The notes beneath the pieces were generated by a model. The model did not search any database and had not been told where the DNA came from. It saw only the letters and a program-made list of their open reading frames with translations. The position numbers and the translations under genes were made by a program. A stretch of 64,000 bases of DNA from an uncultured Gemmatimonadales bacterium (GTDB taxonomy: Bacteria; Gemmatimonadota; Gemmatimonadetes; Longimicrobiales; Gaopeijiaceae): NCBI GenBank assembly GCA_963809895.1, contig CAWELD010000003.1, forward strand, positions 1,760,001 to 1,824,000, written 5' to 3'. Shown in pieces: positions 50,068 through 60,183 of this stretch (position 1 is its first letter; every line of letters starts with the position of its first letter).

Positions 50068-50799
50068 TCAGTCGCGTCCGCCGTGGTCGTCCTCGCGGGT
50101 CTCGGCCTTCAGGGTCGCGGCCAGGATGAGCGCGTCGGCGCGCAGCAGTCCCTCGCCCTCCACCCGCGTCGTGGTGCCGGCGCGGAGCGCCCGACCCAGC
50201 TCGGCGAAGGTGGTCAGGTCGCCCCGCGGGTCGAACTCCGTGCGATGCTCGAAGACGTCGACCAGGACGCGCCGACCGTGGCGCGCCACCGCCAGCTGCA
50301 TGATCCGCATGGGCGCCTCACCGGTGACGGAGAGGATGCGCGCTTCGCCGGCGAACTCGTGATGATGTCCCCGCGTGTCGGCCGTCACCGACACGCCGTC
50401 GACGTCCAGGGTCACGTCGACCTGGACCATGCCACCGGCCTGGACACCCTGCAGGTCGATGTCGGCGTCCAGCGCTCCCCGGCGAAAACGCAGACGGATG
50501 CGCCCGTTCCGGGCCCGGGTCTCCAGCCTGAAGCGGCCGCTGGCGTCGGTGACGTCGGACGCGGCGTCGCCCTCGGCCGCCACGGTGATGCCGCCCAGCT
50601 CCGGCGAGGAGGTCGTGGCGGCCGCGGCGGCCTGGCCGCCGGCGGGCGAGGCGAACAGCTGCCCGGCCACGACCACTGGGGCGTCGGCAGCCGACTCCGG
50701 CACGGCGGGGTCTCCGGACGCGTCGCAGGCCGCCAACGACGCGAGGACCGCGAGGCCCAGAGCGGGGAGCACCCGACGCGAGGTCGTGAAGGTGTTCAT
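50068..50799 (-). CDS. Hypothetical lipoprotein (beta-rich, DUF5666-like C-terminal part)
   Basis: Lipobox LAAC; DVTDASGRF; C-terminal RVEGEG...ILAATLKAE; GGAGG RBS. Confidence 0.7.
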   Translation of the reverse strand: MNTFTTSRRVLPALGLAVLASLAACDASGDPAVPESAADAPVVVAGQLFASPAGGQAAAAATTSSPELGGITVAAEGDAASDVTDASGRFRLETRARNGRIRLRFRRGALDADIDLQGVQAGGMVQVDVTLDVDGVSVTADTRGHHHEFAGEARILSVTGEAPMRIMQLAVARHGRRVLVDVFEHRTEFDPRGDLTTFAELGRALRAGTTTRVEGEGLLRADALILAATLKAETREDDHGGRD

Positions 50800-50853
50800 G
50801 ATTCCCTCCGAGTGATGGAATGAGGTCCTGCGCGCTTCCGTTCCATCACCCTG

Positions 50854-50868
50854 GCAACCCATGTGCCC
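50854..50868 (-). promoter_or_regulatory. Putative sigma-54 promoter (GGGCACATGGGTTGC)
   Basis: GGCAC-N5-TTGC, 55 bp upstream of the lipoprotein ATG. Confidence 0.65.
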
Positions 50869-51005
50869 TTGAGTGGCCAGCGCCGGGATTGCCGCATCCC
50901 GCCGCGCCATTCATGCCCTGTCACGCCCCCGATGGGACACTCGCCGCTGAACTGTGTGACCCGAAAACATGCACCCATGTATGGGGTAGGCACCAGAAAC
51001 GGGCG

Positions 51006-51683
51006 TCAGCGCACCACCACCGTCACCGCGTCGCGGAAGATCGCCTGCGCCACGCGCCGGAGATCGGGATCGGCGCTCCTGAGCCAGGTTTCGGTGTTGA
51101 GGTCCACCAGGAGCTCGACGCTGCCGCCTTCCGCCACGTCCAGGTCGATAGCCTTGTCCACGGTGATGGACGCGTTCTCCAGCTCCACGCGCACCTCGCC
51201 CACCACCGGGACGCCGTCGATGATGAGGCCCGAGTCCACCTCGGCCTTGATCTCGGTGAAGATGATGCGGAGCGCGTCGTAGTGGACCGCAGGGACGCTC
51301 CGGCGGACCACGTCGGCCTCCTGGCGCCCCCGGACGTCGACCCGCACCCGCACCTCGTCGTCGGACAGCGATACCACCCGGTCGTTGGGGCCCACCAGAT
51401 AGAGCCGAAACGCCACCTCGACCTCGCCGTCGGGCTCCTCACCGCCGTCGTCGGCCCTCGCCGCGGGAGTCAGGACGGCGGGTAGGGCCGCGGACGGAAG
51501 CCCCTGAACGGCGGCCGGCGCGCCGGGCGCATCACCGGAGACGACCACGGCGGCCTCGCCGTCCTCTCCACCTGCGGTGAGGTTCCCGCACCCCCACGCC
51601 ATCATGGTCAGCAGGATCGTACCCACGACGCGCCAGCGGACGCCCCGTGTCCCGAACCGTACGCGAGCTTCACGCGTCTCCAT
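51006..51683 (-). CDS. Hypothetical lipoprotein (DUF4382-like)
   Basis: Lipobox-like AWGC; VPAVHYDALRIIF and ELLVDLN resemble DUF4382; GGAGGAG RBS. Confidence 0.65.
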   Translation of the reverse strand: METREARVRFGTRGVRWRVVGTILLTMMAWGCGNLTAGGEDGEAAVVVSGDAPGAPAAVQGLPSAALPAVLTPAARADDGGEEPDGEVEVAFRLYLVGPNDRVVSLSDDEVRVRVDVRGRQEADVVRRSVPAVHYDALRIIFTEIKAEVDSGLIIDGVPVVGEVRVELENASITVDKAIDLDVAEGGSVELLVDLNTETWLRSADPDLRRVAQAIFRDAVTVVVR

Positions 51684-52989
51684 CGTCTTCTCCTCCGGCG
51701 TGGGCTCCGGGGTCCGTGTCGGGATCCGGGCCGTGGTAGTCCATCCAGGCGTGGCGCATGTGGGTGATGCCGAGCTCCTCGAAGCGCCCCCGGGCCAGTC
51801 GGGCCAGCTCGGCGGCGGCGTCCTCCTCGCCCCGGCGCCGCTCGGCCTCCGCATACGCCTGTAGCGTCAGGGCCTCCTCCAGCGCCGGCAGCCCCCGCTG
51901 ACGCACGATCTCGAGGGCCTTCTCGAACAGCACCAGGGCATCGGGATTCCCCTCCGCCGCCGCGATGCGACCCAGCAGGCGGTAGACCTCCGGCAGCTTG
52001 CCGATCAAGCCGGCGGTCACCGCTTCCCGCTCGGCCTCACGGACACACTGGGCAGCCTCGAGGGCCCGGTCCCGAGCCAGGAGCGCCTCGGCCAGATTGA
52101 GCCGTATGGTCACGGTGGCCCGGGCCCCACGAGCGGCCTCCAACGCGCGCCGCAGGTGGGCCTCGGCGATGGCGAACTGCCCCCGCCCCATCTCCAGCTG
52201 ACCCCTCGCGTTGGCCAGGAACGGCTCGGCCGCGTCGTCGCCCAGCTCTCGGGCGGCCTCCTCGGCCCGGTCGAGCCAGGGCAGGCTCTCGTCGAGGGCA
52301 CCACGCGAGCGCAGTGCGATGTGGAGGTTGAGTAGCGCCTGCCACCGCTCGGGCCCCGGCTCCATCCCGGCCTCCAGGATCTCCAGCGCCACGCGGTACC
52401 AATGCTCGGCCTCGCTCCAGCGGCCCTGCTCCTCGAGAACGTTGCCTGCACCCACCGCCGCCTCGGCGGCGCCGCGAGGGTCGTCCAGCACCCGCGCCCG
52501 CCGGCAGGCCTCAGCGTAGCGCTGGCGCGCCCTGTCGAGCTGGCCCCGACGCCAGGCCGCGCGGGCGGAGCGACGAAGCGCCAAGGCGTGGGTGGGTCCG
52601 TGGGGGCCGTCCGCCACGGCCCTCACCGCGGCATCGGCCCACGCCTCCGCTCGAGCAGGCCGGTCTCGAGCTTCCTCCAGCGCGGCGGCTTGCAGGAAGA
52701 CCTCGGCGGCCCCGGCGCGGTCGCCCTTTTCCAATCGCGCCAGCGCTTCGCCCACCAGGCCGTAGAGCCGCACCAGGTGCAGCCGTTGATCCTCCACCAG
52801 CTCCGCCGCGGAATCCCGGAACACCGCGCCGGCGACGAAACGCTGTCCGACCGTGTCCAGGGCCCCGGACCCGGCCCAGACGCGATCGGGATCCGGCTCC
52901 GAGTGGGCCAGGAGCAGGTCGAGAACGGGACGGAGCTCCTCAAGGTCCGGGAGCACCTCCCGAAGCGCATCGAACTTCAGGTGCGTCAT
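51670..52989 (-). CDS. Cytoplasmic tetratricopeptide-repeat protein
   Basis: Repeated TPR helices (AGNVLEEQGRWSEAEHWYRVALE and similar); no signal peptide. Confidence 0.85.
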   Translation of the reverse strand: MTHLKFDALREVLPDLEELRPVLDLLLAHSEPDPDRVWAGSGALDTVGQRFVAGAVFRDSAAELVEDQRLHLVRLYGLVGEALARLEKGDRAGAAEVFLQAAALEEARDRPARAEAWADAAVRAVADGPHGPTHALALRRSARAAWRRGQLDRARQRYAEACRRARVLDDPRGAAEAAVGAGNVLEEQGRWSEAEHWYRVALEILEAGMEPGPERWQALLNLHIALRSRGALDESLPWLDRAEEAARELGDDAAEPFLANARGQLEMGRGQFAIAEAHLRRALEAARGARATVTIRLNLAEALLARDRALEAAQCVREAEREAVTAGLIGKLPEVYRLLGRIAAAEGNPDALVLFEKALEIVRQRGLPALEEALTLQAYAEAERRRGEEDAAAELARLARGRFEELGITHMRHAWMDYHGPDPDTDPGAHAGGEDDGDA

Positions 52990-53200
52990 CGCGTCGCAGG
53001 GGCGAGGGGGAGCCCCACCGAGGTGGTGTGCGGCCTCGGGTGGTGCACGTCGCGTGCTCGCGCCCGGCCCCCCGGGCCGGTGGCCGGAATGCCGCACGGC
53101 GTGGCGCGATCCGGCCCGGAGGCCCCGGCGTGGCGACACGGGCCACCAGCACTCTTTCCGTGCAGCCGGGGGGTGGGTTCACCAGGAACGTGCCAACGCC

Positions 53201-54610
53201 TCACGAGCCACCCGCCTCGATACCGTAGTCCTGGACCTTGCGGGTCAGCGTGTTGCGGTGGATGCCCAGCACGGCGGCGGCATTGCCCATGTGGCCGCCC
53301 ACGTCGTCCAGGACGCGTCGGATGTGATCCGACTCCACCTCCTCCAGCGACAGGGTGGGCGGATACCCGCTCCCCGTCGCGGACTGGAGCGGGGACATGC
53401 GAGGCGTACCGGCGCCGAGACGCAGATCCCCCGAGCGGATGGTGCCGCCGTTGGCCAGCAGCACGGCCCGGTCCATGACGTTGCGCAGCTCGCGCACGTT
53501 CCCCGGCCAGGGGTGGGCTCGCAGCCTCCGGAGCGCTTCGACGGTGACCGACCGGACGGGTCGCTGGTAGCGACGCGCGAACCGGGCCGCGAAGTGCAGC
53601 GCCAGCTCGCGGACGTCCTCGTTGCGCTCGCGCAGGGGCGGCAGGACCAGCTCCACCACCGCCAGCCGATGGTAGAGGTCCTCGCGGAACTCCCCCTCGG
53701 CGATGCGCTCGTCCAGGAGCTGGTTGGTGGCGGCCACGATGCGCGCATCCACGGTCAGCGTTTCTTCGCCTCCCACGCGCTCGATGGTGCGCTCCTCCAG
53801 CGCTCTCAGGACCTTGGCCTGCAACACGGGACTCATGTCGCCGATCTCGTCCAGGAAGAGCGTGCCCCCTCGTGCTCGTTCGAAGCGGCCCACCCGACGG
53901 GCCACCGCCCCGGTGAAGGCCCCCTTCTCGTGCCCGAAGAGCTCCGACTCCAGGAGCTGCTCGGGGATGGCGGCACAGTTCACCGCCACGAAGGGGCCGT
54001 CGGCGCGATCACTGGCCCAGTGGAGGGCCCGCGCCATGAGCTCCTTGCCCGTCCCCGACTCGCCCGTGATGAGCACGGTGGCCGACGTGGGCGCGACCCG
54101 GGCGAGAACCTGGAGGCTCTCGGACAATCCCGGGCTGGAGCCGATCAGCGTGGGCGCACCCTCCCCGTCGTCGGCGATCTGTGGGAGCGCGACCTCGGGC
54201 CCTTCGGCGAGGACGCCCTGGAGACGGGACGCCAACTCCTCCTCGCGGAGCGGCTCGTGCAGGAGGGCCACGGCGCCCGCGCGTTCCATGAGGACCGCCC
54301 GTTCCAGCGAGATGCCCGGCGCCGACAGCATGAGTGCCCCGCAATGCTCCTCTTCCCCGACCCGCCGCGCCACGGACTCGTCGACCAGGTCCCGGGCCAG
54401 CGACAGCACCACGGCCACCCACGGATCGGCCCGCAGGCGCTCGAACAGAGCCCCCAGGGTGCCGACCTGTTCCACGGCGAGCCCGAGGGACTCGGCCACG
54501 CGGGCCAGTGCGTCGGACGGACCCGCGGGCGAGAAGGCGAGCACGCCGGGCGACGATGGAGCGCCGGGCGACGGACGAGCGGCGTGTGACGGACGAGAAG
54601 GCGGTGACAT
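53201..54610 (-). CDS. Sigma-54 enhancer-binding protein with a degenerate (pseudo-)receiver domain
   Basis: Intact [29 protein letters not shown] and Fis HTH; N-terminal REC-like region lacks the acidic pair, phospho-Asp and Lys. Confidence 0.92.
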   Translation of the reverse strand: MSPPSRPSHAARPSPGAPSSPGVLAFSPAGPSDALARVAESLGLAVEQVGTLGALFERLRADPWVAVVLSLARDLVDESVARRVGEEEHCGALMLSAPGISLERAVLMERAGAVALLHEPLREEELASRLQGVLAEGPEVALPQIADDGEGAPTLIGSSPGLSESLQVLARVAPTSATVLITGESGTGKELMARALHWASDRADGPFVAVNCAAIPEQLLESELFGHEKGAFTGAVARRVGRFERARGGTLFLDEIGDMSPVLQAKVLRALEERTIERVGGEETLTVDARIVAATNQLLDERIAEGEFREDLYHRLAVVELVLPPLRERNEDVRELALHFAARFARRYQRPVRSVTVEALRRLRAHPWPGNVRELRNVMDRAVLLANGGTIRSGDLRLGAGTPRMSPLQSATGSGYPPTLSLEEVESDHIRRVLDDVGGHMGNAAAVLGIHRNTLTRKVQDYGIEAGGS

Positions 54611-54831
54611 ACCGTAAATGTGCAACGACGCGCGCCGCCTGCAAAGAATCGGGGCAACGGCGTCTCCGGGGACCGCAGCCTGCGCGGGACGAAGCCGGCG
54701 CCCCGCAGGAGGGGCGGCCAGCACACACCGGCCTTGAGTTCGCGGCAGGATTCGCGAGACTAGTGTGTGTTGCTGAAGGCCCGGTACCCTCCGCCGAGCA
54801 ATCCCACGACTCAGGCGCTGGACGGCGCTCC

Positions 54832-56214
54832 ATGGACCAGGCGCTCTTCTACCACCGGTTCCACTTCGCCTTCACGGTCTCGTACCACTACCTGTTTCCG
54901 CAGCTCACCATGGGGCTGGCGCTCCTCATCGTGATCCTGCAGGGGATGGGCCTGAAGACCGGAGACCGGCGCTACGACGAGGCGGCGGTCTTCTGGGCGA
55001 AGATCTTCGGACTCTCCTTCGTCATGGGGGTCGTGACGGGGATCCCCATGGAGTTCCAGTTCGGGACCAACTGGGCTCGGTTCTCGGAAGCCACCGGCGG
55101 GGTCATCGGTCAGACCCTCGCCATGGAAGGGGTGTTCGCCTTCTTCCTTGAGTCCTCGTTCCTCGCCCTCTTCCTGTTCGGGCGCAAACGCCTGGGCCCC
55201 AGGAGGCATTTCGCCTCGGCGGTGGCCGTCTTCGTGGGCTCCTGGGTGTCGGGCTTCTTCATCGTGGCCACCAACGCCTTCATGCAGCATCCCCAGGGAT
55301 TCGAGATCGACGCCCAGGGGAACATGGTCCTGACCAGCCTGTGGGGCCTGATCGGCAATCCGTGGCTCGTGTGGCAGTATCCGCACACCATGGCCGGTGC
55401 CGTGGTCACCGGCTCCTTCGTCGTGGCGGCGGTAGGCGCCTACTACGTGCTGGTGGACGGGGGCGAGAGCGACGGATCCTCGGAGGATGGGTCGCCGGCG
55501 GACGAGTCCGGGGCCCACGTGTCACGGGCGGAATACGGACGGGTCTTCCTGCGGCTCGCCGTGCCCTTGGGCCTGGTGGCGGCAGTGTTCATGGCGTTTC
55601 CCAGCGGCGACCGGCAGGCCGCGGCGGTGGCCGAGCACCAGCCACCGAGCTTCGCCGGCATGGAAGGCCTGTTCCACGGCGACGAGGGGGCGCCCCTGGC
55701 CCTGATCGGGCAGCCCGACATGGACCAGCTCCGGCTGGACAATCCCATCGAGCTCCCCGGGGTGCTCAGCTTCCTCACGCACCGCCGCTGGGACGCGCGC
55801 ATCGACGGCCTGACGGCGTTTCCGCGCGAGCAGTGGCCCGACAACGTGCCCCTGCTGTACTACGCCTATCACATCATGGTGGGACTCGGGACCATCTTCA
55901 TCGCCGTCATGGCACTGGCGGCGCTTCTGCTCTGGCGCCGCAGGCTCTTCGACAGTCGCCCCGTGCTCTGGCTCGTGATGCTGCTCGCGCCCTTCCCGTT
56001 CATCGCCAACACGACGGGATGGATGACGGCCGAGCTGGGGCGGCAGCCGTGGGTGGTCTACGGGCTGCTCCGCACCAGCGAGGGCTACTCGCGGACGGTG
56101 ACGCCGGGCAACACCCTCTTCACCCTCATCGGCTTCATGGGCCTCTATCTCGTGCTGGGGGTCCTCTTCCTCTTCCTGGCGCAGCGGGAGATCAGCCACG
56201 GACCGGAGGCCTGA
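54832..56214 (+). CDS. cydA: Cytochrome bd ubiquinol oxidase subunit I
   Basis: [34 protein letters not shown]. Confidence 0.97.
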   Translation: MDQALFYHRFHFAFTVSYHYLFPQLTMGLALLIVILQGMGLKTGDRRYDEAAVFWAKIFGLSFVMGVVTGIPMEFQFGTNWARFSEATGGVIGQTLAMEGVFAFFLESSFLALFLFGRKRLGPRRHFASAVAVFVGSWVSGFFIVATNAFMQHPQGFEIDAQGNMVLTSLWGLIGNPWLVWQYPHTMAGAVVTGSFVVAAVGAYYVLVDGGESDGSSEDGSPADESGAHVSRAEYGRVFLRLAVPLGLVAAVFMAFPSGDRQAAAVAEHQPPSFAGMEGLFHGDEGAPLALIGQPDMDQLRLDNPIELPGVLSFLTHRRWDARIDGLTAFPREQWPDNVPLLYYAYHIMVGLGTIFIAVMALAALLLWRRRLFDSRPVLWLVMLLAPFPFIANTTGWMTAELGRQPWVVYGLLRTSEGYSRTVTPGNTLFTLIGFMGLYLVLGVLFLFLAQREISHGPEA

Positions 56215-56215
56215 C

Positions 56216-57259
56216 ATGGAAACCATCTGGTTCTGGCTCGTCGCGGCGCTTCTCACCATGTACGTCGTGCTGGACGGCTTCGACCTCGGAGCCGGCGCCA
56301 TCTACCTCCTGGTGGCGCGCGAAGATGCCGAGCGACGTTCGGTGCTCAAGAGCATCGGGCCCGTGTGGGATGCCAACGAGGTGTGGCTGCTGGCGGCGGG
56401 GGGATCGCTGGTGCTGGCCTTCCCCAAGCTCTACGCCTCGAGCTTCAGCGGATTCTACCTGCCGCTCATGATGGTGCTCTGGCTCCTGATCCTGCGTGCC
56501 ATCGCCATCGAGTTCCGGAATCACCTCGAGGACCCGGTGTGGCGCCCCTTCTGGGACGTGACCTTCTGCGCTGCCAGCCTCCTGCTGACGATCTTCCTGG
56601 GCGCGGCGCTCGGGAACGTGGTGCGAGGCGTGCCGCTGGCCGCCGACGGCTATTTCTTCTCGCCCCTGTGGACGACCTTCACCACGAGCGGCGACCGCAT
56701 GGGGATCCTGGACTGGTTCACCGTGAGCGTGGGCGTCACGAGTCTCCTCGCGCTGGCACACCACGGCGCGCTGTGGGTGGCCCTGAAGACGCACGATCCC
56801 GTGAGCGCGCGTGCGAAGGCGGTGGCCGGATGGACGTGGCCGCTCCTGCTGGTGGCGGTGATCGTCGTGACGGCCTTCACCTTCCGCGTACAGACCCACG
56901 TGCCCGGACGACTGGAGTCCCAGCCCCTGGGCTACGCCTTCCCGATCCTGGCGCTGGGCGGGCTGGGAGCGAGCTTCTGGATGCGGCGCGCGGGCCGCGA
57001 GCGGGCGGCGTTCATCGGGTCGATCGTGTTCCTGGTCGGCATGCTCCTGTCGGTGTCGTTCGGGTTGTATCCCATCGTGTTGCCGGCCACCAACGACCCC
57101 AACCTGTCGCTCACCGTGTTCAACTCCGGAGGTGGGCATCACGGGCGTTGGATCGCGCTGTTCTGGTGGATCCCGGGCATGATGCTGGTGGCCGGGTACA
57201 CGGCTTTCATCTATCGACGCTCCGCGGGCAAGGTGTCGCTGGAGGACGGCGGATACTGA
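56216..57259 (+). CDS. cydB: Cytochrome bd ubiquinol oxidase subunit II
   Basis: LDGFDLGAG, IGPVWDANEVWL, RAIAIEFR. Confidence 0.97.
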   Translation: METIWFWLVAALLTMYVVLDGFDLGAGAIYLLVAREDAERRSVLKSIGPVWDANEVWLLAAGGSLVLAFPKLYASSFSGFYLPLMMVLWLLILRAIAIEFRNHLEDPVWRPFWDVTFCAASLLLTIFLGAALGNVVRGVPLAADGYFFSPLWTTFTTSGDRMGILDWFTVSVGVTSLLALAHHGALWVALKTHDPVSARAKAVAGWTWPLLLVAVIVVTAFTFRVQTHVPGRLESQPLGYAFPILALGGLGASFWMRRAGRERAAFIGSIVFLVGMLLSVSFGLYPIVLPATNDPNLSLTVFNSGGGHHGRWIALFWWIPGMMLVAGYTAFIYRRSAGKVSLEDGGY

Positions 57260-57762
57260 GGACCTCGGGACGCGCTCCCGGCGCCGGGAGCGTCGCTGCG
57301 TTTCAGCTGAAACGTCGCGGGGTCGTAGCTGCCCGGCTCGGTGCGGAAGGTCACCGCCAGGCGGTTCCAACCGTTGATGACGATCACGGCCATGGTGAGG
57401 TCGACGAGCTCGGCCTCGTCGAAGTGGGCGCTGGCCTCGTCGAAGAGGACGTCGGGCACGCCGTCCTCGCCCATCTCGGTGACGGCTTCGGTCCAGGCCA
57501 GCGCCGCGCGCTCCCGGGCCGAGAAGAACGGCGTCTCCCGCCACACGGGAACGGCGTACAGGCGTTGCTCCGTCTCGCCGGCCAGCCGGGCGTCCTTCGT
57601 GTGCATGTCCACGCAGTAGGCGCAGCCGTTCATGTAGGATGCCCGTAGCTTCACGAGGTGCAGCAGCGCGTGCGGAAGGCCACTGCGGCGAACGTAGCGC
57701 TCCACGCCGGCCATGACCTTCACGGCTTCGGGGGCGGCGGTAGCATAGTCGATGCGTTTCAT
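57211..57762 (-). CDS. Carboxymuconolactone decarboxylase / AhpD-like protein
   Basis: LRASYMNGCAYCVDMH, WRETPFFS, INGWNRL. Confidence 0.93.
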   Translation of the reverse strand: MKRIDYATAAPEAVKVMAGVERYVRRSGLPHALLHLVKLRASYMNGCAYCVDMHTKDARLAGETEQRLYAVPVWRETPFFSARERAALAWTEAVTEMGEDGVPDVLFDEASAHFDEAELVDLTMAVIVINGWNRLAVTFRTEPGSYDPATFQLKRSDAPGAGSASRGPQYPPSSSDTLPAERR

Positions 57763-57811
57763 GGGTCTCGGCTCCGGATCGGAGGATTCGGCATTGTCGT
57801 CCACCCTCTCA

Positions 57812-57837
57812 GACGGACGGGCGGACGCCGCGTGACA
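57812..57837 (-). promoter_or_regulatory. ECF41-type promoter for the AhpD-like gene (TGTCACG-N15-CGTC)
   Basis: Matches the ECF41 TGTCACA/CGTC motif; ECF41 sigma gene is adjacent. Confidence 0.7.
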
Positions 57838-57880
57838 GGGGGCGCCGGCGAGGGGGGATTCGACTCCGGCCGAGGTGGTC

Positions 57881-57907
57881 GGTCACAGAGACGGGCCCTC
57901 GCCCGTC
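57881..57907 (+). promoter_or_regulatory. ECF41-type autoregulatory promoter (GGTCACA-N16-CGTC)
   Basis: Same motif on the opposite strand, upstream of the sigma gene. Confidence 0.65.
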
Positions 57908-57957
57908 CCTGATGGTGACGACAGCATCCACCACGTCCCGACACGGGAGCGACCAGG

Positions 57958-58927
57958 GTGAACAGTCGATCCGAGCGCAGCGAGATCTTCGAGAGGCACC
58001 GGCCGCGCCTCATGGGCATCGCCTACCGCATGCTCGCCTCCGCCGAGGACGCCGAGGACCTCGTGCAGGAGACCTACGTGCGCTGGCATGGCGCCGATCG
58101 TGGGCGAGATCCAGACCCCCGAGGCCTGGCTGGTGGCCGTGGTGACCCGGCTCTCCATCGACCGGCTGCGGCGGGCCTCCACCGAGCGGGAGACCTACGA
58201 CGGCCCCTGGCTCCCCGAGCCGCTCACCCGCGACCCCTTTCCGCCCGCCGACCGCAGAGCCGAGATGGCCTCGGATCTCTCCATGGCCTTCCTGGTCATG
58301 CTGGAACGCCTCGCACCGGAAGAGCGGGCGGCCTTCCTGCTCCGTGAGGTGTTCGGCGAGGACTACGGCACCCTGGCCCGGGTCCTGGACCGGAGCGAGG
58401 TGGCGTGCCGGAAGATGGTGCAGCGGGCCCGGGAGCGGGTGCGCCGGGATCGGCCGCGCTTCGGGGTCCCCACCGAGGCTCGGGAGCGTCTCGTCGACCA
58501 GTTCCTCGAGGCCCTGGAACGGCAGGACGAAGCGGCTCTCCTCGCGCTGGTCGCCCCCGACGTCAGCTTCACCAGCGACGGCGGGGGGCGGGTTGCGGCG
58601 GCGCGCAACGTCATCCGGGGGGAGTCGCGCATCGTGCGCTTCCTCCTGGGACTGCAGTCCAAATGGATGGACCGCGTGCGCCACGAGAAGGCCTGGGTCA
58701 ACGGCGAGCCCGCCGTGCTCACCTTCGCCGCCGGCAGGCTCTTCGCCGTCACCACCATCGACACCGACGGCGAGCGGGTGCGGGCGTTCTACCGGGTGCT
58801 GAACCCCGACAAGCTGGGGCGGTTGGGGGGCGGTACCGGAGCGCTCCATCGTCGGCCGCCACCTGACGCTCGTGCTTCGCTGCGACCCGGCGGCGGCAGA
58901 CGTGGGACTTCCGCCGCTCACCTCTGA
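57958..58927 (+). CDS. ECF41 (SigJ-like) sigma factor with SnoaL-like C-terminal extension, +1 frameshift at ~58102-58104
   Basis: FERHRPRLMGIAYRML..AEDLVQE joins PEAWL...YDGPWLPEP, SDGGG, VNGEP, LNPDKL if one G is removed. Confidence 0.9.
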
Positions 58928-59528
58928 GGCCCGTGCGTCGGCCTACTGGGGATGGAATCTCCCAGGAACAGAAGGCGAGGAAGACCGCGAACAGGATGGT
59001 GGGTGGCAGGAGCACATCCAGCTCGGGAGCAGCCGTTCCCAGTGTGAGGGTTCCCCGCCAGCGGAGCGCGCCGCCCTCGTTCCGGGCCGTGAGGATCACG
59101 GGCCCGCCGGGGTGCGACAGCTTGTAGTGGGCGCCGCGGAACCCCGCCTGTCGCCAGTCCAGGAGCACACCGGACGGCATGCGGACGCGACGTCGGCGAA
59201 AGGCGACCTTGTCGCCGATGAACATGGGCACCCGCGTGCTCTCCACCCCGAATGCGCGGCACCGCTTCCGGCCCCATCCCTCGGCGACGAAGGTCCAGCG
59301 AGCGCGGGTGGTCGAGGCCTCGACGGTGCGACCGAGGAACCCCTGCGGAAGGAGGCGGCCGAGGACGGCATCGCCGTCAGCGACCTCGATGGGGATCTGG
59401 CCGATCCCCCGGGGCCTGCGTCGCCACTGAAGCTCGACGCCGGCCTTCAGGCGACCGGGCTTCCAATCGGCGAGGGCGATGACCGAAGCATCTGTTCGTC
59501 GGCGCGCGACGGGCGGAAGAAACAGCAT
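58749..59528 (-). CDS. Hypothetical protein (beta-rich with one C-terminal hydrophobic helix)
   Basis: Plausible protein filling the gap; its 3' end overlaps the sigma gene by ~180 nt, so the boundaries are doubtful. Confidence 0.4.
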   Translation of the reverse strand: MLFLPPVARRRTDASVIALADWKPGRLKAGVELQWRRRPRGIGQIPIEVADGDAVLGRLLPQGFLGRTVEASTTRARWTFVAEGWGRKRCRAFGVESTRVPMFIGDKVAFRRRRVRMPSGVLLDWRQAGFRGAHYKLSHPGGPVILTARNEGGALRWRGTLTLGTAAPELDVLLPPTILFAVFLAFCSWEIPSPVGRRTGLRGERRKSHVCRRRVAAKHERQVAADDGALRYRPPTAPACRGSAPGRTPAPARRRCRWW

Positions 59529-59568
59529 GCCGACCAACGTGCCGCACGGCACCGGCGTCGGTCAAACG

Positions 59569-60183
59569 TCAGACGCCCCCGATCGGACCCGTCTCTCGCG
59601 CTCCCGGTCGCGTCACAGCGGCGACCTCCACGGTCACCGAGTCGCCGAGGAAGTTCGGTATGACCGTATGCCGCCAGTCCGTGCCCAGGTCGAAGTCCTT
59701 CCGGTTCAGGACGACGCGGGCGTGGATACCGACCACCGGACGTCCCTCGACTTCCGTCGTGCCAGTCAGGGTGAAGGGGAGGTCGATGTTTCGGGTGATC
59801 CCCTTGATCGTAAGAGGCCCTTCCGCCGTGTAGCCGGAGTCGGTCCGTTCGATTCGCTCGCTCCGGAAGGTGGCGACGGGCATCCGGGTCACGTCGAAGA
59901 AGGTCGCCCCACGCAGGTCCTCGTCTCGATCGTCGTTGTGTGTGTCGATACTGGCCACCCGCACGGTGACATCGAGGTGGGAGCTCGTGATGTCCGCGTC
60001 GTCGTAGGCGATCTCGACATCGTAGTCGGAGAAGGTGCCACGAACCTGGGACAGTCCGCCGATGATCGGCACGGTGAAGCCGAGTTCGGAGTGGTTGCGG
60101 TCCACCTGCAGGGTCCACCGGGAGGAGGAACCGGACCAGACGGCGGACACACCAAAGGTCAGGAGAAGGATTGCAGATCTCAT
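59569..60183 (-). CDS. YceI-family exported protein
   Basis: VDRNHSELGF, SIDTHNDDRDEDLR, LTIKGITR, LNRKDF. Confidence 0.93.
   Translation of the reverse strand: MRSAILLLTFGVSAVWSGSSSRWTLQVDRNHSELGFTVPIIGGLSQVRGTFSDYDVEIAYDDADITSSHLDVTVRVASIDTHNDDRDEDLRGATFFDVTRMPVATFRSERIERTDSGYTAEGPLTIKGITRNIDLPFTLTGTTEVEGRPVVGIHARVVLNRKDFDLGTDWRHTVIPNFLGDSVTVEVAAVTRPGARETGPIGGV

Noticed and set aside
54620..54637. Sigma-54-like element upstream of the pseudo-receiver activator
   Set aside because: GG to GC spacing is 11, not the required 10.
57273..57292. Perfect 20-bp GC palindrome after cydB
   Set aside because: May be a bidirectional terminator stem, but has no clear U-tract and lies inside the AhpD ORF tail as assembled; not called.
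57850..57870. GGATTCGACTCC resembling a tRNA T-arm
   Set aside because: No acceptor stem, D-arm or anticodon arm; lies between the two ECF41 promoters.
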